Below are positions 10,201 through 19,144 of a DNA stretch of 64,000 nt, piece after piece. This DNA is from Flavobacteriaceae bacterium (GTDB lineage Bacteria > Bacteroidota > Bacteroidia > Flavobacteriales > Flavobacteriaceae): assembly GCA_965224095.1 (NCBI GenBank), contig OZ245039.1:2559715-2623714 (forward strand), read 5' to 3'. Position 1 is the stretch's first letter. Every line of letters starts with the position of its first letter. The translations under genes and the position numbers were made by a program. A model generated the notes under the pieces. It saw only the letters and a list, made by a program, of their open reading frames with translations. It did no database searches and was not told the DNA's origin.

Positions 10201-11284
10201 TGGAAGTGCGCCTAAATGGTATAACAGTAATAGAACCAATTCCACTTCCGGTACTGACAATGATTGCCATAACTGTCCGGGAGCGCAATGGACGGGAACC
10301 AATACAACGCTGGCGGAATACGCCTATGATTTTAAGGCGAATGCCGATAACGGAGAAACCGATCTTACACAAGCACCAAATGTGATGTTTCGAATAGTAT
10401 TTCACGCTGATCAGGCAGTTCATGAAGAAGGAGTGGTTATAGACGACCTGGTCGTGGAAGGATCGCTTGCAAATGATGAAGACGGAGACGGGGTAGCTGA
10501 TAATTCAGACCTGTGCCCGGGAACCCCGGCAGGAACTGCTGTTGATATAACCGGGTGTGCGGTATTTGTATTAAACGCCGATAATTTTGATATAGTTGCC
10601 AGAGGAGAATCCTGTGCGGTTTCAAACAACGGAACTATTGAAATTACTGCAAAGGAATCGTTTTCCTATACCGGAACGCTAACGGGAAGCGGAATAAATA
10701 TTACCGAGAATTTTACAACTCAGGCCAGTTTTGATAAGTTGGCAGCCGGAAGCTATAAATTGTGTATTACGCTTGCCGAACAACCGGATTACATTCAGTG
10801 TTTTGACATTCAGGTAGAAGAACCGGAAGACTTATCGGTATTTTCCAGAGTGGAAGATAACGGGCAAAATGTGCGTATATCGCTGGCCGGAGCGGAGGAA
10901 TATTTTATAGAGTGGAACGGAACCTTATTTACAACTACCCAAAGCGAACTTAGTTTACCACTTGTACAATCAAAAAATGAATTGAAAGTAACCACTTCAA
11001 AGCAATGTCAGGGGACACATATTGAGACCATTGTACTTTCGGAAGAAGTGTTTATATATCCGAATCCCGTTAGAAATGAGATGCTCAATATCCGTTTAAG
11101 CGGTGTTGATCATGAAGTATATATTTCGTTATATACCATTTCGGGAAAACAGCTGATCTCGAAAAAATATCCTGTTAAAAACGGATGGATCGAACTGCAG
11201 CCTGAAAGATGGGGTAGCGGAGTATATATTCTGAATATAAAAACGAATAGAGAATTACACAGTTATAAAATTATTAAAAGATAA
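7235..11284 (+). CDS. Large secreted BNR/Asp-box (sortilin/VPS10-like beta-propeller) protein with T9SS C-terminal sorting domain
   Basis: At least 8 Asp-box motifs (STDGGQTW, TTDAGQTW, STDGGENF, STNGGNNF, SANGGASF, STDSGTTF, SEDGGNNF). Signal peptide MKHFILLVSLLMAAFSYGQ. C-terminal IYPNPV...YILNIKT sorting tail. Confidence 0.85.
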   Translation: MKHFILLVSLLMAAFSYGQFNQDAPWVKELNSSKNTDVTARQSKQPFTLYELSKSFENHWENKDYNEKGSGFKPFKRWENFWRHFVNEQGYLPTAKELWKTWENKRNSTLKSNPASNWEAVGPFTHLAEGSRLPGQGRVNTIAVDPNNADIWYVGAPAGGIWKSTNAGTSWTPLTDELPQIGVSGIAIDSNNSNVIYITTGDDDAGDSFSVGVFKSTDGGQTWQQTGLNPSNSPSSMNEIYMDPNNSNVLWVATSNGLYKTTDAGQTWLQKINDPNSFNRNVKDLKLKPGNSNVIYVVTENTFYKSTDGGENFIKISEGLPESSGRLVLGVTPADPEYVYILSAKEASDDYAFQGLYKSINSGDTFTKTAETDDIFEIDQAWYDLALEVSPTNAEEIYTGCLNIWKSTNGGNNFSKINSWAAKTPSYTHADIHILRFFNQTLFCGSDGGIYSSANGGASFTDHTAGLAISQFYRISVAPKNANKIIGGLQDNGGHSYMNNQWRNYHGGDGMDNVINPNDDSLIYGFTQFGGSLNISANGGQDLIASIEAPPDIKGEWITPLATDLNGEIYAGYNALYRLSGNSWQKVSTNDFPDNATDLETDPAHAEILYVSVDISDNSGRILRSELLKSTDSGTTFTKIHEFETRINSIEVNNSNSNIVYVTTAVLGKRGVFRSEDGGNNFENISYNLPGDQPYFIVVHQGRHTKNPLYVGTNLGVYRLDDTANEWEEYLTGLPNSPVRDLDISLDQGIITAATYGRGVWQSPIPVEQASDDVALVSIVSPLRNQVFCGVVTPEIIISNNGTNTITSVDITYTINEVAHNFNWTGTLPSNANQNIQLPQVSAAVGMVAMDVEVHTTNDAFSDNNKQSITFFVNGEGNPGELNSFETSANDLITYNEGDSRTSEWQRGVPSGVVLKTAASGTRVYATNLSGDHHDQTKSYLVTPCYDFSRIQNPVLKFKMAYELERNWDIVYVEYSVNKGQNWSVLGALGSAPKWYNSNRTNSTSGTDNDCHNCPGAQWTGTNTTLAEYAYDFKANADNGETDLTQAPNVMFRIVFHADQAVHEEGVVIDDLVVEGSLANDEDGDGVADNSDLCPGTPAGTAVDITGCAVFVLNADNFDIVARGESCAVSNNGTIEITAKESFSYTGTLTGSGINITENFTTQASFDKLAAGSYKLCITLAEQPDYIQCFDIQVEEPEDLSVFSRVEDNGQNVRISLAGAEEYFIEWNGTLFTTTQSELSLPLVQSKNELKVTTSKQCQGTHIETIVLSEEVFIYPNPVRNEMLNIRLSGVDHEVYISLYTISGKQLISKKYPVKNGWIELQPERWGSGVYILNIKTNRELHSYKIIKR

Positions 11285-11295
11285 ATCCCGTAACG

Positions 11296-12006
11296 ATGGA
11301 TATACCTTACAAAACAAGAATTGTTATCTGTGCCTTTAGCCTGTTAATGGTTATTGCTTGCGGTGGCGGTGGCGGTGGCGATGATACACCTCCGTCACCG
11401 CCGGTAGCAGCGTCTCTTATTTTTCCGGAAAACAACTCTGAGTGTAATGAAGGAGTTGTGATTTCTGAAACGCAAAGCGACGTAACCTTTAGGTGGAATG
11501 CCTCTTCCAATACCACAGGCTACACCCTTAAAATTAAAAACCTGGTCACGCAGCAAACCGATTCATATGAGTCGCCTACGCCCCAGTATACTGCCACGAT
11601 TAGCAGAGGTACACCCTATTCCTGGTATGTGATTTCCAAAAACAGGGGAACAACCCAAACGGCTCAGAGCCCGGAGTGGAAGTTTTACAATGCAGGAGAA
11701 GGTGTTGAAAGCCACCCTCCTTTCCCGGCAGACGCAGTGTTCCCTGCTATGGGTGCAAGTATTAATGCTTCTTCCGGAGAAGTAAGCCTTCAATGGAAGG
11801 CTTCCGATATTGACGCCGATATTCTGAATTACGATGTTTATATAGAGCAGGGAGTAAATCCTCCCGCGGTAAAAAAAGCTACGGTTAACGAAGCGTATTA
11901 TGCGGTTCCCGTAACTACAAATAGCGTGTATTACTGGAGGATTATTACCAGAGATAAGGAAGGAAACACATCGCAATCGGCGGTGTTTCAGTTTAAGGTA
12001 AATTAA
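11296..12006 (+). CDS. Lipoprotein with two fibronectin-III-like ~100-aa repeats
   Basis: Lipobox MVIACGGGGGG. Two internally similar modules ending in YSWYVIS / YYWRIIT. Confidence 0.7.
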   Translation: MDIPYKTRIVICAFSLLMVIACGGGGGGDDTPPSPPVAASLIFPENNSECNEGVVISETQSDVTFRWNASSNTTGYTLKIKNLVTQQTDSYESPTPQYTATISRGTPYSWYVISKNRGTTQTAQSPEWKFYNAGEGVESHPPFPADAVFPAMGASINASSGEVSLQWKASDIDADILNYDVYIEQGVNPPAVKKATVNEAYYAVPVTTNSVYYWRIITRDKEGNTSQSAVFQFKVN

Positions 12007-12014
12007 GAAGATTA

Positions 12015-12042
12015 AAATGCCGATACAAATGTACCGGCATTT
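12015..12042. terminator. Bidirectional hairpin between convergent genes
   Basis: aaatgccg ... cggcattt inverted repeat, flanked by A-run and T-run. Confidence 0.6.
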
Positions 12043-12066
12043 TGAACGGAGTTATTGCTTTATAAA

Positions 12067-12774
12067 CTAATTTTTATTGTTCTCCGGATCTTTGGGTTGA
12101 TTTTTTCTGGCTTCCAGGGCTTGTTTGCTTATTGCCGCGAGGTTAAAGTTGGGAGCCAATGCCAGAGCTTCATCCATAATGGCAATCGCCGCATCCGGAT
12201 TATTTTGATCTTTATTAAATTGTGCGAGACCTTTTAAATGAGTAAAAGCGGCTTTTAAAGAAACTTCATAGGGGCGCTGAGTCTCATAAAAAGCGTATTT
12301 CATATCATCTTTCGCATTGGTGAGTCCGTAGTTGATATGGACATCTGCACCGGCGAAATCGCCTGTCTGTAGTTTAAGGTCCGCCAGCTCATAAGCTGTA
12401 TAAGGATTCGGTTTTCTGTTAAATAAAATTTCATACTGCTCCAGAGCGCGCTTGGGCTGATTTAATTGTTTTAAGGCCAGCGCCTTGGTTTGTACATTTA
12501 AATCGGAAGCAGTTTCGTTTTTTTCTATTCCTATAGTGTTCAGTGCCTGAAGGTATTTTCCTCCATTGGTGTACAAATAGGCCAGGGTGTCTTTTCTGGC
12601 CTCCGAAGGAGCCAGGATATTTAAATGAGTGAGCGCGTTAATCACTCCCTGCATATCTCCCTGTTGTTTCATTTGTGTATAATACGCCTGATAGTGTTTT
12701 AACAGGGCATCATTGGTCTGTGCAAATATTCCGGCAGAGGTAAAAACAAATGCCAATACTATAAATCCTTTCAT
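12067..12774 (-). CDS. Tetratricopeptide-repeat protein with signal peptide
   Basis: Signal peptide MKGFIVLAFVFTSAGIFAQ. Repeated A..Y..A/L..P TPR-like helices. Confidence 0.7.
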   Translation of the reverse strand: MKGFIVLAFVFTSAGIFAQTNDALLKHYQAYYTQMKQQGDMQGVINALTHLNILAPSEARKDTLAYLYTNGGKYLQALNTIGIEKNETASDLNVQTKALALKQLNQPKRALEQYEILFNRKPNPYTAYELADLKLQTGDFAGADVHINYGLTNAKDDMKYAFYETQRPYEVSLKAAFTHLKGLAQFNKDQNNPDAAIAIMDEALALAPNFNLAAISKQALEARKNQPKDPENNKN

Positions 12775-12834
12775 TTTTATATGTTTAGGGGGCTAAAGCT
12801 ATTAAAATATTTTAAAAACTTTCTTAACAGGATG

Positions 12835-13638
12835 CTAAATAGGTGTTTTAAATTGATATGGCAGTTCACGGATCAGTTTATCCGAACGTACCATTTTACC
12901 CTGAGAAACCGTGTTAGAAACAAACTCCGGGAGGGGTAATAGCTTCCTTAAAGCAACTTCCTGATAGTATTGCTGTCGGGTTGGGTAACTTGGATATACA
13001 GCATTGAATGTGGTACCCCAACATTGGGTTTCTATAATTTTTGTAATAATGGCAATACAGTCGTCTCTGTGAATAAGATTAACCGGAGCATCCGGATTTT
13101 TAAGGCCGCTTTTTCCGGCTAAGTGTAATACGGGATGCCTGTCAGGGCCAATAAGCCCTCCAAACCGCAGGATAGTCAGTGAAATATTAGGAAGCGATTC
13201 AAGCAGTTTTTCCGCCGTTAAAAGTTGCTTTCCACTTTCTGTTTGTGGCTCGGGAGTACTTGCCTCGGTGATAGCGCTATTACTGTTAGCATATATGGAA
13301 GTACTGCTGATAAAAAGCAGTTTCTCAATACTACTCACAGCTATTTTTTCGATGAGGTGTTGCAACTTGAAAATGTAATTTTCACGGGGAGGCTTTTTCA
13401 ATTTAGACGGGATATTCAGTATAAGAAACTCCATATTGTTCAGGAAGGCATCGATATTTCCGTAAACACCCTGTTCTTCCAGCAATACCATATACGGGGA
13501 AATGCCTGATTTTCTAAGGGTTTTTACCTTAGAGTCAGACGTTGTGCTTCCATGTACGTTATGCCCGAGATCTGCCAGGTGTTTAGCCAGAGGAGCTCCC
13601 AGCCAGCCACAACCCATTATGGCAATATTTTTACTCAA
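12835..13638 (-). CDS. NAD(P)-binding Rossmann-fold protein (atypical SDR/epimerase family)
   Basis: N-terminal IAIMGCGWLGAPLAKHL dinucleotide-binding motif. 8-nt overlap with the upstream M28 gene. Confidence 0.75.
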   Translation of the reverse strand: MSKNIAIMGCGWLGAPLAKHLADLGHNVHGSTTSDSKVKTLRKSGISPYMVLLEEQGVYGNIDAFLNNMEFLILNIPSKLKKPPRENYIFKLQHLIEKIAVSSIEKLLFISSTSIYANSNSAITEASTPEPQTESGKQLLTAEKLLESLPNISLTILRFGGLIGPDRHPVLHLAGKSGLKNPDAPVNLIHRDDCIAIITKIIETQCWGTTFNAVYPSYPTRQQYYQEVALRKLLPLPEFVSNTVSQGKMVRSDKLIRELPYQFKTPI

Positions 13639-15940
13639 TAACCACTTTTTTTACAATCATAATGGCATCATTAATCACATTGGCCATAGGAATGGTATTT
13701 TCAGGCCTTGCCGGAATAGAAAATTGCGGATCCTGCAATAAGTTATTGGAGATTTCAAAAACGGTTAGTTCCTGAGGTGTATTAGCCTCCATTACCAGGT
13801 CGATTTCAACATAGTCTTCCCCGCTCATAAAATAGGTGAATAACAAAGGGTTTTTCTGCACATTTTTTAATTGATCTTCCCCCAAAGAGTGCCCATCTAC
13901 CTTACATGAAAAAAGAACGGGTTTATTGTTCATAAAAACCTCCAGTCGGTTTACATCCCTTTTAGGGGTTATACATAGTTGCAGATGCCTTTTTGAGTCG
14001 ATCAGGGTATCTTTTAACTTTTCAACGGAAGGGATTTCCAAAGTTTTTAAAGGGGCTCTCCGGGCATAGGTAAATGGCGTATTGTATTTACTACTTAAAA
14101 CAAAATCGGTAAAAACTCCGTCTTCCTTTTCTTCAGCTCCTGTATACTGTTTTACCCATGGATCCGGCCGGGTATCATAGGTTGTCCAGAAAGCCTGTTG
14201 GTTATTGGCATCCATAACGTATAACAGCGAATTGGGTTTAGGGCGTTCCGGATTAAAATCCGATTGGAAGTGAGCCGCAGTAAAAAAACCGAAAGCGATT
14301 ATAATTCCCAGAAGAGCTAAAGCTTTTTTCGACTTATAGGCGCCAAAAACCGGAAGGAGTAAACCGAAGATCAACACGATTAAAGTTGTAGCGGCAACCA
14401 TCATTTTTAATCCCAGCCCAACGGGGAACATCTGTACAAAAGGGCTTAAAATCCACAGTGCGGGAACGCCGAGCAAAACGAGAAGTATTAGATGGGGAGT
14501 CTTTTGATTGATCAGGACCATAAAAGCTACCAGAGCCCCAATTACCGGAATAATAAAAAAACTGGCTCCCTGAAGATATTGAGCAACTGCCCCACAGATT
14601 AACAACCAGAAAAATAAGGGAGCTACCATTAAATGAGTTGTTTTTAATTTGTTGAATTTACTGTATATCCAAAAACACAGGGCTATGCTCAAAGCAGCGA
14701 AAGTAGCCAGGTACAAATGACCGTTATAAGTAAACCCGTGAAGAATATCGTTGTATTCCGGATAGATTTTTTTGAGTAACGGCCATCCGAAGTATCCTAT
14801 AAAACCACAAACCAATAGTGATAAAATAAAGGGAATAAATCCGCGGGCAATCCCCTTCCACGATAGGGCTTCTTTTTTTATTCCGTAGAAAACCAGTATC
14901 AAAAAAAACAGAACTGCCAGAAAAAACATAGGCCATATCCAGGAATAGGGATATGAAACCAGTCTGAAAACAGGGACGTTGAAATAAACGGAGTCTGCAT
15001 CGGTTTTTAATAAGCTGAGATCGGCATTACTAAAAAATTGTAATAAAGGCATTAAATAGGTGCCCTGATGCTCCAGTGTATTCCTGTCCAGCCGCTCATA
15101 AGTATCTAAAGCCGAGTGGTAATCAAAATGGTCATCGATAAAGGCAAAGTTAAAGCCTTCTATATCTCCGTCTTCTCTGAAAACGGTGAGATCGGTATCG
15201 TTTGGAAGCATTTTGTAAATACTATATGCCAGCGAATTGGCCACGGGATATTGAGGGTTGGCTGCTGCAAAATCTTTAATTAATTGTGCATTCCCTCCGT
15301 TGGTTTCAATAAGCATATAACTCGGGCCTCCGCTTCCGCGTGCTTCAAAATTTAAAACGAGCCCGGTTTCTTTGGCCCAGGGATGTTTATCAACAAAAAG
15401 CTGAGCTCCGTTCAATCCGAACTCTTCGGCATCGGTAAACAGAATGATAATATCGTTTTTGGGAGTCTTACCCTCTTTGAGGAAAGCCCGAATACCTTCC
15501 AAAATTGTAGCTACACCACTAGCGGCATCACTGGCACCAAGTGAGGAGGGTTCCCGGCTGTCATAATGCGATAAAAGCATGAGCGCCTTGCCGGCTCCTT
15601 TTCCCTGTATACGAGCCATAATATTAATGGCTTTGGTATAATTACCCCAATCACCTGAGGTAAGACCTTCCTGCGTATCTACCTCAAGCCCCAGTTTTTT
15701 TAATTCACCTGCAATATAATTTCTGACTTCCTCATGTGCTTTGGTCCCGATATAATGCGGTTTTTGGGCTATGGCCTTTACATGAGTCAATGCCCTTTCG
15801 GTGGAAAACTCGGTCAAAGGTGCATCGGCTTTAGTGATACTTTGAGGCATCAGGGCATAAAAACTCCAATAAACAAATCCTAAAACAAGTAATAATGAAA
15901 TAACAAGTGAAAATCGTTTCATAGCTGAATTTTGGTTCAT
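13631..15940 (-). CDS. Membrane-bound M28-family metallopeptidase
   Basis: LLSHYDS, FTDAEEFGLNGA and NFEARG zinc-ligand blocks, followed by about 8 TM helices. The ORF-track start (15973) is a TTG; ATGs at 15940 or 15922 are more likely. Confidence 0.85.
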   Translation of the reverse strand: MNQNSAMKRFSLVISLLLVLGFVYWSFYALMPQSITKADAPLTEFSTERALTHVKAIAQKPHYIGTKAHEEVRNYIAGELKKLGLEVDTQEGLTSGDWGNYTKAINIMARIQGKGAGKALMLLSHYDSREPSSLGASDAASGVATILEGIRAFLKEGKTPKNDIIILFTDAEEFGLNGAQLFVDKHPWAKETGLVLNFEARGSGGPSYMLIETNGGNAQLIKDFAAANPQYPVANSLAYSIYKMLPNDTDLTVFREDGDIEGFNFAFIDDHFDYHSALDTYERLDRNTLEHQGTYLMPLLQFFSNADLSLLKTDADSVYFNVPVFRLVSYPYSWIWPMFFLAVLFFLILVFYGIKKEALSWKGIARGFIPFILSLLVCGFIGYFGWPLLKKIYPEYNDILHGFTYNGHLYLATFAALSIALCFWIYSKFNKLKTTHLMVAPLFFWLLICGAVAQYLQGASFFIIPVIGALVAFMVLINQKTPHLILLVLLGVPALWILSPFVQMFPVGLGLKMMVAATTLIVLIFGLLLPVFGAYKSKKALALLGIIIAFGFFTAAHFQSDFNPERPKPNSLLYVMDANNQQAFWTTYDTRPDPWVKQYTGAEEKEDGVFTDFVLSSKYNTPFTYARRAPLKTLEIPSVEKLKDTLIDSKRHLQLCITPKRDVNRLEVFMNNKPVLFSCKVDGHSLGEDQLKNVQKNPLLFTYFMSGEDYVEIDLVMEANTPQELTVFEISNNLLQDPQFSIPARPENTIPMANVINDAIMIVKKVVIE

Positions 15941-16042
15941 AAATGTATAAAAATTGCGATTCTTAGCGATCAAACCGAGAGGAATTATTTTGTAATTCGC
16001 TTAAAATGAGTAACTTTATTAAATAACCAAACACAGAACATT

Positions 16043-16522
16043 ATGGGGATAAAGAGTTTTCAGGGGGCACGTGCAGAGAATAAAAAGGAGTTTAAAGCCC
16101 CGTTGCATGTAGAAGATTATATGACTAAAAAACTAATTCTGTTTAAACCGGAACAATCTATACTCGAGGTCATGGAACAATTTGCCAAAAACCGTATATC
16201 GGGAGGGCCGGTAGTAGATAATGAAGGAAAATTAGTGGGAATTATTTCGGAGGCCGATTGTATGAAACAAATTTCCGAAAGCCGGTATTTTAATATGCCT
16301 ATCCTGGATAAAAGTGTCGAGCGGTATATGACTAAAGAAGTGGAAACCATTCCGCATGATATGAATATTTTTGATGCGGCATCTTATTTTTATACGAAGA
16401 AAAGAAGAAGGCTTCCTGTAGTTAAAAAAGGAAAACTGGTTGGGCAAATTAGCCGTAAAGATGTGGTAATTGCTGCATTGAAATTAAACAGTCAGAACTG
16501 GAGCCGGGGAAATAACAATTAA
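16043..16522 (+). CDS. CBS-domain pair protein
   Basis: Two CBS repeats (GGPVVDNEGKLVGIISEAD; LPVVKKGKLVGQISRKD). Confidence 0.85.
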   Translation: MGIKSFQGARAENKKEFKAPLHVEDYMTKKLILFKPEQSILEVMEQFAKNRISGGPVVDNEGKLVGIISEADCMKQISESRYFNMPILDKSVERYMTKEVETIPHDMNIFDAASYFYTKKRRRLPVVKKGKLVGQISRKDVVIAALKLNSQNWSRGNNN

Positions 16523-16869
16523 CGCTCCCGGCGTACTATCATATAATAGTCATTATCTAAAGGCAGATACCCAAGGTCGTAGACAAAAAAATAGGTGCTG
16601 CCTTTTTTGGTAGTGTACAGATTGGTGATATATTCAAAATCGAATCCCTTATCCAATAAACGGGTTTTGGTAGTTTTACTTTTGCCATGCGGATTGAGTT
16701 CTTCGAGTATTCTATAATTTTTCCGAAGGCGATTGTTGATATTCCGGATCAGGTTTTTACTGTCTTTGTTTACACGATTGTTATAGGCATTCCTACAGGC
16801 GTCTGAGCAGAATTTTTTGTCAGACCGGCCGGCCACGGGAGCGTCGCATTCCAGGCATGTTCGTTTCAT
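16519..16869 (-). CDS. Hypothetical zinc-ribbon protein
   Basis: CLEC...CSDAC four-Cys N-terminus followed by a basic region. Confidence 0.65.
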   Translation of the reverse strand: MKRTCLECDAPVAGRSDKKFCSDACRNAYNNRVNKDSKNLIRNINNRLRKNYRILEELNPHGKSKTTKTRLLDKGFDFEYITNLYTTKKGSTYFFVYDLGYLPLDNDYYMIVRRER

Positions 16870-17396
16870 ATTCTGTCTTTTAAAATAGAGATATAATCAA
16901 ACCAGGGGCCAACATCTTCGGTGTATCGCTTTGCCATAACCCGACAAATCTGTGCCAGATGACCCAGATCGTGGGTAACCCAGGTAGCGAGTAGCTCCCG
17001 CAAGCTTACAACACCTAAATCCGGATGGATTCCTTCCTTTTCAAAATCGGCATTTGAAAGCTGAAGTGACCTGAGGTAATTCACGTTCTTTTTCCGTAAC
17101 ACATCAAAGGTTTCTATGAGCTCGGTTATACTTTTCCCCTTGGAGTTGTTAAACTGTGCAAATCTATCAAAGGGCTCAAAGGTTTTAGAAGGACCCTCCT
17201 CCAAAATAAGATGCATTCGGGTTATCCAATCGGTATGCTCTCCATGGATCAGGTGCCCCATAATATCAAAAGTATTCCAGGAATCGTTTCCTTCATTGGC
17301 AAAAATCCAGTCGTCTGAAAGACCGGACAGGTAAATTTTTAATATTTCAGGTGTGCGCTCCAGGATTTCAATGGCCTGCTCAAGATTAAAGCTCAT
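16866..17396 (-). CDS. DinB-family metal-dependent protein
   Basis: His triad context (HLIHGEHTDW ... WVTHDLGHLAQI). ATG at 17396 preferred. Confidence 0.75.
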   Translation of the reverse strand: MSFNLEQAIEILERTPEILKIYLSGLSDDWIFANEGNDSWNTFDIMGHLIHGEHTDWITRMHLILEEGPSKTFEPFDRFAQFNNSKGKSITELIETFDVLRKKNVNYLRSLQLSNADFEKEGIHPDLGVVSLRELLATWVTHDLGHLAQICRVMAKRYTEDVGPWFDYISILKDRI

Positions 17397-17478
17397 AAGT
17401 TTTTTTGTAAAAATACGAATTATTCGTTTACAAACGACTACAAACAATTACAAACGATTTTAAATGCGTATGTACCGA

Positions 17479-17530
17479 CTGCCGGATATCCGGCAGATTA
17501 CCTTTGTCCCGTTGAGTGATAAGAACTCAA
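17479..17530. promoter_or_regulatory. Two palindromes in the divergent DinB/ssb promoter region
   Basis: Perfect 18-nt palindrome ctgccggatatccggcag (17479-17496), plus ttgagt-N7-actcaa (17512-17530). Confidence 0.35.
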
Positions 17531-17562
17531 TAGTCTTAACTGTTTAACGTAAAAATTTTAAT

Positions 17563-17895
17563 ATGAATGCACTTAGAAACAAGGTACAGTTAATTGGAAA
17601 TCTGGGGGGAGACCCTGAAATTATTAATCTTGAAAGCGGTAAAAAACTGGCTAAATTTTCCGTGGCTACCAATGAAAGTTATCGCAACACTCAGGGAGAT
17701 ATTGTAAAGGATACACAATGGCATCAAGTGGTGGTATGGGGAAAACTGGCCGAGGTGGTTGAAAAGTATCTTTCCAAGGGAAATGAAGTTGCAGTAGAGG
17801 GAAAATTAACCAATCGTAGCTATGAAACCAGCGAGGGGCAAAAGCGCTACTTTACGGAAATTGTGTGTAACGAATTGCTTATGTTGGGGAAATAA
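17563..17895 (+). CDS. ssb: Single-stranded DNA-binding protein (short form)
   Basis: OB-fold signature NKVQLIGNLGGDPE ... TQWHQVVVWGKLAE ... VEGKLTNRSYE. Confidence 0.9.
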   Translation: MNALRNKVQLIGNLGGDPEIINLESGKKLAKFSVATNESYRNTQGDIVKDTQWHQVVVWGKLAEVVEKYLSKGNEVAVEGKLTNRSYETSEGQKRYFTEIVCNELLMLGK

Positions 17896-17911
17896 ATGCA
17901 GATTTTTTGTA

Positions 17912-17940
17912 AAACCGGGAGATATCTCCCGGTTTCTTTT
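17912..17940 (+). terminator. Rho-independent terminator after ssb
   Basis: Perfect palindrome ccgggagatatctcccgg followed by tttctttt. Confidence 0.8.
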
Positions 17941-18068
17941 GTTGGATAACATTCCTTAAAAGAGATCAGGGAAGGTGCTTTCTTTTTAAGTAATTTAATA
18001 CGCGTGTACCGAAGGAAAACCTTAAAATGCAACCAAATACAACGGTTTGCATTCTATAATAAAAACTC

Positions 18069-18626
18069 TTGGAAGAGGAGGAGATCATAGCAAAAATCAA
18101 AAAACATCCGGAATACTTCGGATTGATCTACGATGAGCATTATAACACGATATTTAACTATTGCTATAAAAGGACCGGAGATTTTGACCTGGCAAAAGAT
18201 ATTTGCTCCGAAACTTTCCTGAAAGCGTATTTAAATATATCAAGATTTAAATGGAAAGGAGTCTCCGTGATGCATTGGTTGTACCGAATTGCGACCAATG
18301 AAATAAACCTTCACTACCGAAACAAGAAATACAGGCCTAAACTACTCTGTGAAACGGGGATCATTGGAGATCTCAGGGAAAAACAACTTTCCTCCGCTTT
18401 TCAGGATGAAAAAACCGAAGCAGAGGAAGAAATAAGAAGGTATAAACAGTTTTTGGAAGTACGTGAGAAGCTTAAAAAACTACCGCTGAAATACCAGGAA
18501 GTAATTTCCTTAAAATATTTTGAAAAGCAAAAAATCAGAGAAATAGGGATTATCCTTAATAAACCAGAAGGAACCATCAAGTCATTACTTTCCAGAGGGA
18601 TAAACCTGCTTAAGCAACAATTTTAA
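18069..18626 (+). CDS. ECF-type RNA polymerase sigma-70 factor
   Basis: Region 2 (DICSETFLKAY, WLYRIATNE) and region 4 HTH (REIGIILNKPEGTIKSLLSRG). Start is a TTG and is uncertain. Confidence 0.8.
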   Translation: MEEEEIIAKIKKHPEYFGLIYDEHYNTIFNYCYKRTGDFDLAKDICSETFLKAYLNISRFKWKGVSVMHWLYRIATNEINLHYRNKKYRPKLLCETGIIGDLREKQLSSAFQDEKTEAEEEIRRYKQFLEVREKLKKLPLKYQEVISLKYFEKQKIREIGIILNKPEGTIKSLLSRGINLLKQQF

Positions 18627-18663
18627 TGCAACCTTTTAGCAAACCAGGTATTATTATATTAAA

Positions 18664-19137
18664 ATGAACGACGATAAAAATATTGAAGGAATAATGGAAA
18701 AAATGCAGTTACCCAGCGTAGATGTGCACAAACATCAACAGGAGTTTCGCACTGCTTTGCTCAGCACCAAAAAAACCGCTTTACTGGGAACCGTTCTGCT
18801 GATACTCCCTTTGTTTTTTTTGGGAGGCGTACTCCTAAAACATTATTTAAACATTGATTTCGGGTTAGTAACAGCTGTTTATCAGTGGATAGGGGACCTC
18901 GACAGGAGGTATGGTGATAGCTCTGTACTTAACTGGATAATACGCATATTACTTCTTTTTGGACCACTGATTGCTATGGCGGTTAATTTGCTGGCGGTAG
19001 TACATATTCGGTATGAAAAACCCAGAGCGGAAATAATAATGTCTTTAAAGCTTAAATGGACGAACTGGCTGATAATAGGCTTGTGCGGTGTTATTTTTTC
19101 GGTATTCTTTTTATACCTTGTTGTTGAGAATTTATAA
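18664..19137 (+). CDS. Membrane protein, putative anti-sigma partner
   Basis: Directly downstream of the ECF sigma gene; several TM helices. Confidence 0.5.
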   Translation: MNDDKNIEGIMEKMQLPSVDVHKHQQEFRTALLSTKKTALLGTVLLILPLFFLGGVLLKHYLNIDFGLVTAVYQWIGDLDRRYGDSSVLNWIIRILLLFGPLIAMAVNLLAVVHIRYEKPRAEIIMSLKLKWTNWLIIGLCGVIFSVFFLYLVVENL

Positions 19138-19144
19138 AGTTAAA

